DNA of 64,000 nucleotides from an uncultured Alphaproteobacteria bacterium (GTDB lineage Bacteria; Pseudomonadota; Alphaproteobacteria; Acetobacterales; Acetobacteraceae): NCBI GenBank assembly GCA_963705035.1, contig CAVPIQ010000002.1, positions 386,662 to 450,661 of the forward strand, read 5' to 3'. Shown piece by piece: positions 61,927 to 64,000 of this stretch (position 1 is its first letter; each line of letters starts with the position of its first letter). The notes under the pieces were generated by a model. It saw only the letters and a program-made list of their open reading frames with translations, ran no database searches and was not told where the DNA came from. The position numbers and the translations under genes were made by a program.

Positions 61927-63722
61927 GTGGATTTCTCTTCTCCGTCCGCCTCCCTGATCCGTCTCCGCAAGAGCCCGCTTCGCTTCCTGCTGCACTATGT
62001 CGGCCGGCACGCGGCGGGCCATGCCGTGGTGCTTGGCTCGGTGTTCTGCGCAGTCGTGTTCGCGGTCTCGACCCAGTACGGGGTCAAGCACCTGATCGAC
62101 GTCGTCTCGCACGGCCCGGCGGGCGGCGGCGGCGCGGTGTGGGGCGCATTCGCCATTCTCTGCGGACTGATCGCCGCCGACAACATGACCTGGCGCATCG
62201 GCGGCTGGGCGGCGGCGCGCGCGTTCGTCGCCGTCACCGGCGACGTGCGCAGCGACCTCTTCCTGCATCTCGCCGGACATTCGCCGAGCTATTTCGCCGA
62301 GCGGTTGCCGGGCGCGCTCGCCGGGCGCATCACCGCCACCAGCAACGCGATCTTCCAGACCGAAAGCACGACCACCTGGAACGTCATTCCCCCCGCGCTC
62401 GCGGTCATGGTGGCGATCGTGCTGATCTCGCTCGTCAACCCGCTGATGGCGGTGGCCCTGGTCGGCGTCAGCGCGGCGCTGGCGGCGCTGATCTACACGC
62501 TCGCCCGCCGCGGCACGCCGCTGCATCGCGCCTATGCGTCGCGCGCCGCGGGCGTGGATGGCGAGCTGGTGGACGTGATCGCCAACATGCCGGTGGTGCG
62601 CGCGTTCGGCGCGACCTTCCGCGAGCATCGCCGCATCACCGCCGATATCGGCGTGGAGATGCGGGCGCGGCGCCACAGCCTGCTGTACCTGGAGAAGCTG
62701 CGCCTGATCCATGCCGCGCTCACCGCGGTGCTCACCGGCGGGCTGCTCGCCTGGGGTGTCGCGATGTGGCAGGCCGGGCATGCCTCGCGCTGGCGATCTG
62801 GTGCTGATCTGCTCGCTCGGCTTCACCATCCTGCACGGCACGCGCGACCTCGCCGTGGCGCTGGTGGACCTGACGCAGCACGTCGCACGGCTGGAGGAGG
62901 CGATCGGCGCGCTGCTGGTGCCGCACGACCTGCCGGACCGTGCCGATGCGCGGCCGCTGATGCCCGGGCCGCGGGCGGGTGGAGTTCGAGGGCGTGGGCT
63001 TCGCCTATCCGGGCCGGCCGGCGGTGCTGAGGGGCCTCGACCTGGAAATCCGCCCCGGCGAGCGCGTGGGCCTGGTCGGCCCGTCCGGCGCCGGCAAGAC
63101 CACGGTGCTGGCGCTGCTGCAGCGGTTCTACGACCTGCAGGAGGGGCGCATCCTGGTCGACGGGCAGGACATCACGCGGGTCACGCAGCAGTCGCTGCGC
63201 GAGATGGTGGCGGTGGTGCCGCAGGACATCTCGATGTTCCACCGCACCGTGCTGGAGAACATCCGCTATGCGCGGCCCGACGCCACCAGGGACGCGGTGA
63301 TCGCCGCCGCGACCGCCGCCCGCTGCCTCGACTTCATCGAGGCGCTGCCGGACGGGTTCAACACGCTGGTCGGCGATCGCGGCGTGAAGCTCTCGGGCGG
63401 GCAGCGGCAGCGGCTGGCGATCGCGCGGGCCCTGCTGCGCGACGCGCCGATCCTGCTGCTCGACGAGGCGACCAGCGCGCTCGACTCCGAGAGCGAGCAG
63501 GCGATCCAGACCGCGCTCGACAACCTGATGCGCGGGCGCACGGTGATCGCGATCGCACACCGCCTCTCCACGCTGCGCAACTTCGACCGGATCGTGGTGA
63601 TGAACGGCGGCCAGGTGATCGACGACGGTGCGCCGAGGGAACTCGCCCACCGGGCCGGCCCGTATCGCGAGCTGCTGCGCAAGCAGATCCATCTGGTCGA
63701 GGAACTGCCGGCGGTGGCGTAA
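61927..63722 (+). pseudogene. ABC exporter, fused permease/ATPase (MsbA/NdvA-like), two frame changes
   Basis: The TMD is in ORF 61780..63030 (LRFLLHYVGRHAAGHAVVLGSVFCAVVFAVSTQYGVKHLID...). The fragment GDLVLICSLGFTILHGTRDLAVALVDLTQHVARLEEA is in ORF 62711..63898. The NBD is in ORF 62979..63722 (GLVGPSGAGKTT, LSGGQRQRLAIARALL, LLLDEATSALD, IAHRLST). The start is uncertain. Confidence 0.8.
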
Positions 63723-63761
63723 GGCCAGGATCCCGGGGGAGTCGCGCCACAGCGGGCGCGG

Positions 63762-64000
63762 CTACCCCGGCGACCCGCCGAAGCGGCGGTCTCCTCCGGC
63801 GGCGGACCGCCCTTCCCGGCGCCGCCGTGCCTCCTCAAGGTCGAACGCGCTCTGCAGGTTCATCCAGAATTCCGGGCTCGTGCCGAACCGCTCGCTGAAC
63901 AGCAGGGCGGTTTCCGCGCTGACGGCACGGTCGCCGGCCAGGATGCCGGTGATGCGGTTGGCCGGGACACCGATTTCGCGCGCGAGCTGGCGCGCCGAGA
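63762..64000 (-). CDS. higA: HigA-family XRE-type antitoxin, 5' end beyond the window
   Basis: The minus-strand translation is LARQLAREIGVPANRITGILAGDRAVSAETALLFSERFGTSPEFWMNLQSAFDLEEARRR..., ending at TAG 63762..63764. It is not in the ORF track because it is truncated by the window edge. Confidence 0.65.
   Translation of the reverse strand, partial: SARQLAREIGVPANRITGILAGDRAVSAETALLFSERFGTSPEFWMNLQSAFDLEEARRRREGRSAAGGDRRFGGSPG

Overview
Very GC-rich chromosomal segment (GC judged by eye, not computed). Several features point to an alphaproteobacterium: the gene order purU / valS-popZ-tolC-pcm, a GAAC-N7-GAAC SOS-type box, a SigF-type ECF promoter and nested-palindrome REP-like elements. 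I can support about 60 protein-coding genes. I recognised no rRNA, tRNA, CRISPR array, transposase or integrase.

Content by region:
- Housekeeping: valS, pyrD, purU, fabI, ackA, a thiolase and modABC.
- A six-gene bufferin-type RiPP locus at 9.6-13.4 kb: DUF2282 precursor, DUF692/MNIO, DUF2063 and DoxX, next to a divergent ECF sigma/NrsF pair.
- A PHA-linked cluster (DUF3141, pta-like, fabI, ackA) with phaZ elsewhere in the window.
- A cupredoxin-FTR1 iron uptake pair.
- A DUF433/DUF5615 toxin-antitoxin pair, and a partial HigA-type antitoxin at the right edge.

The most unusual locus is at 29.4-37.7 kb. It holds two tandem Hint (bacterial intein-like) domain exoproteins. The second is an uninterrupted 1375-aa ORF whose first ~1000 residues are AIDA-I/TibA-like ~19-residue repeats, with no autotransporter beta-barrel. 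A TibC/Aah-type autotransporter heptosyltransferase homologue follows it directly.

A window-wide oddity: roughly half of the genes can only be reconstructed by switching reading frame one to about ten times, and one also carries an in-frame TAG. These broken genes lie in blocks that alternate with long, perfectly intact ORFs. This is either blocky indel error in the assembly or real pseudogenisation, and the sequence alone cannot decide. Many long ORFs in the six-frame track are antisense or off-frame artefacts of the high GC content and are not reported as genes.
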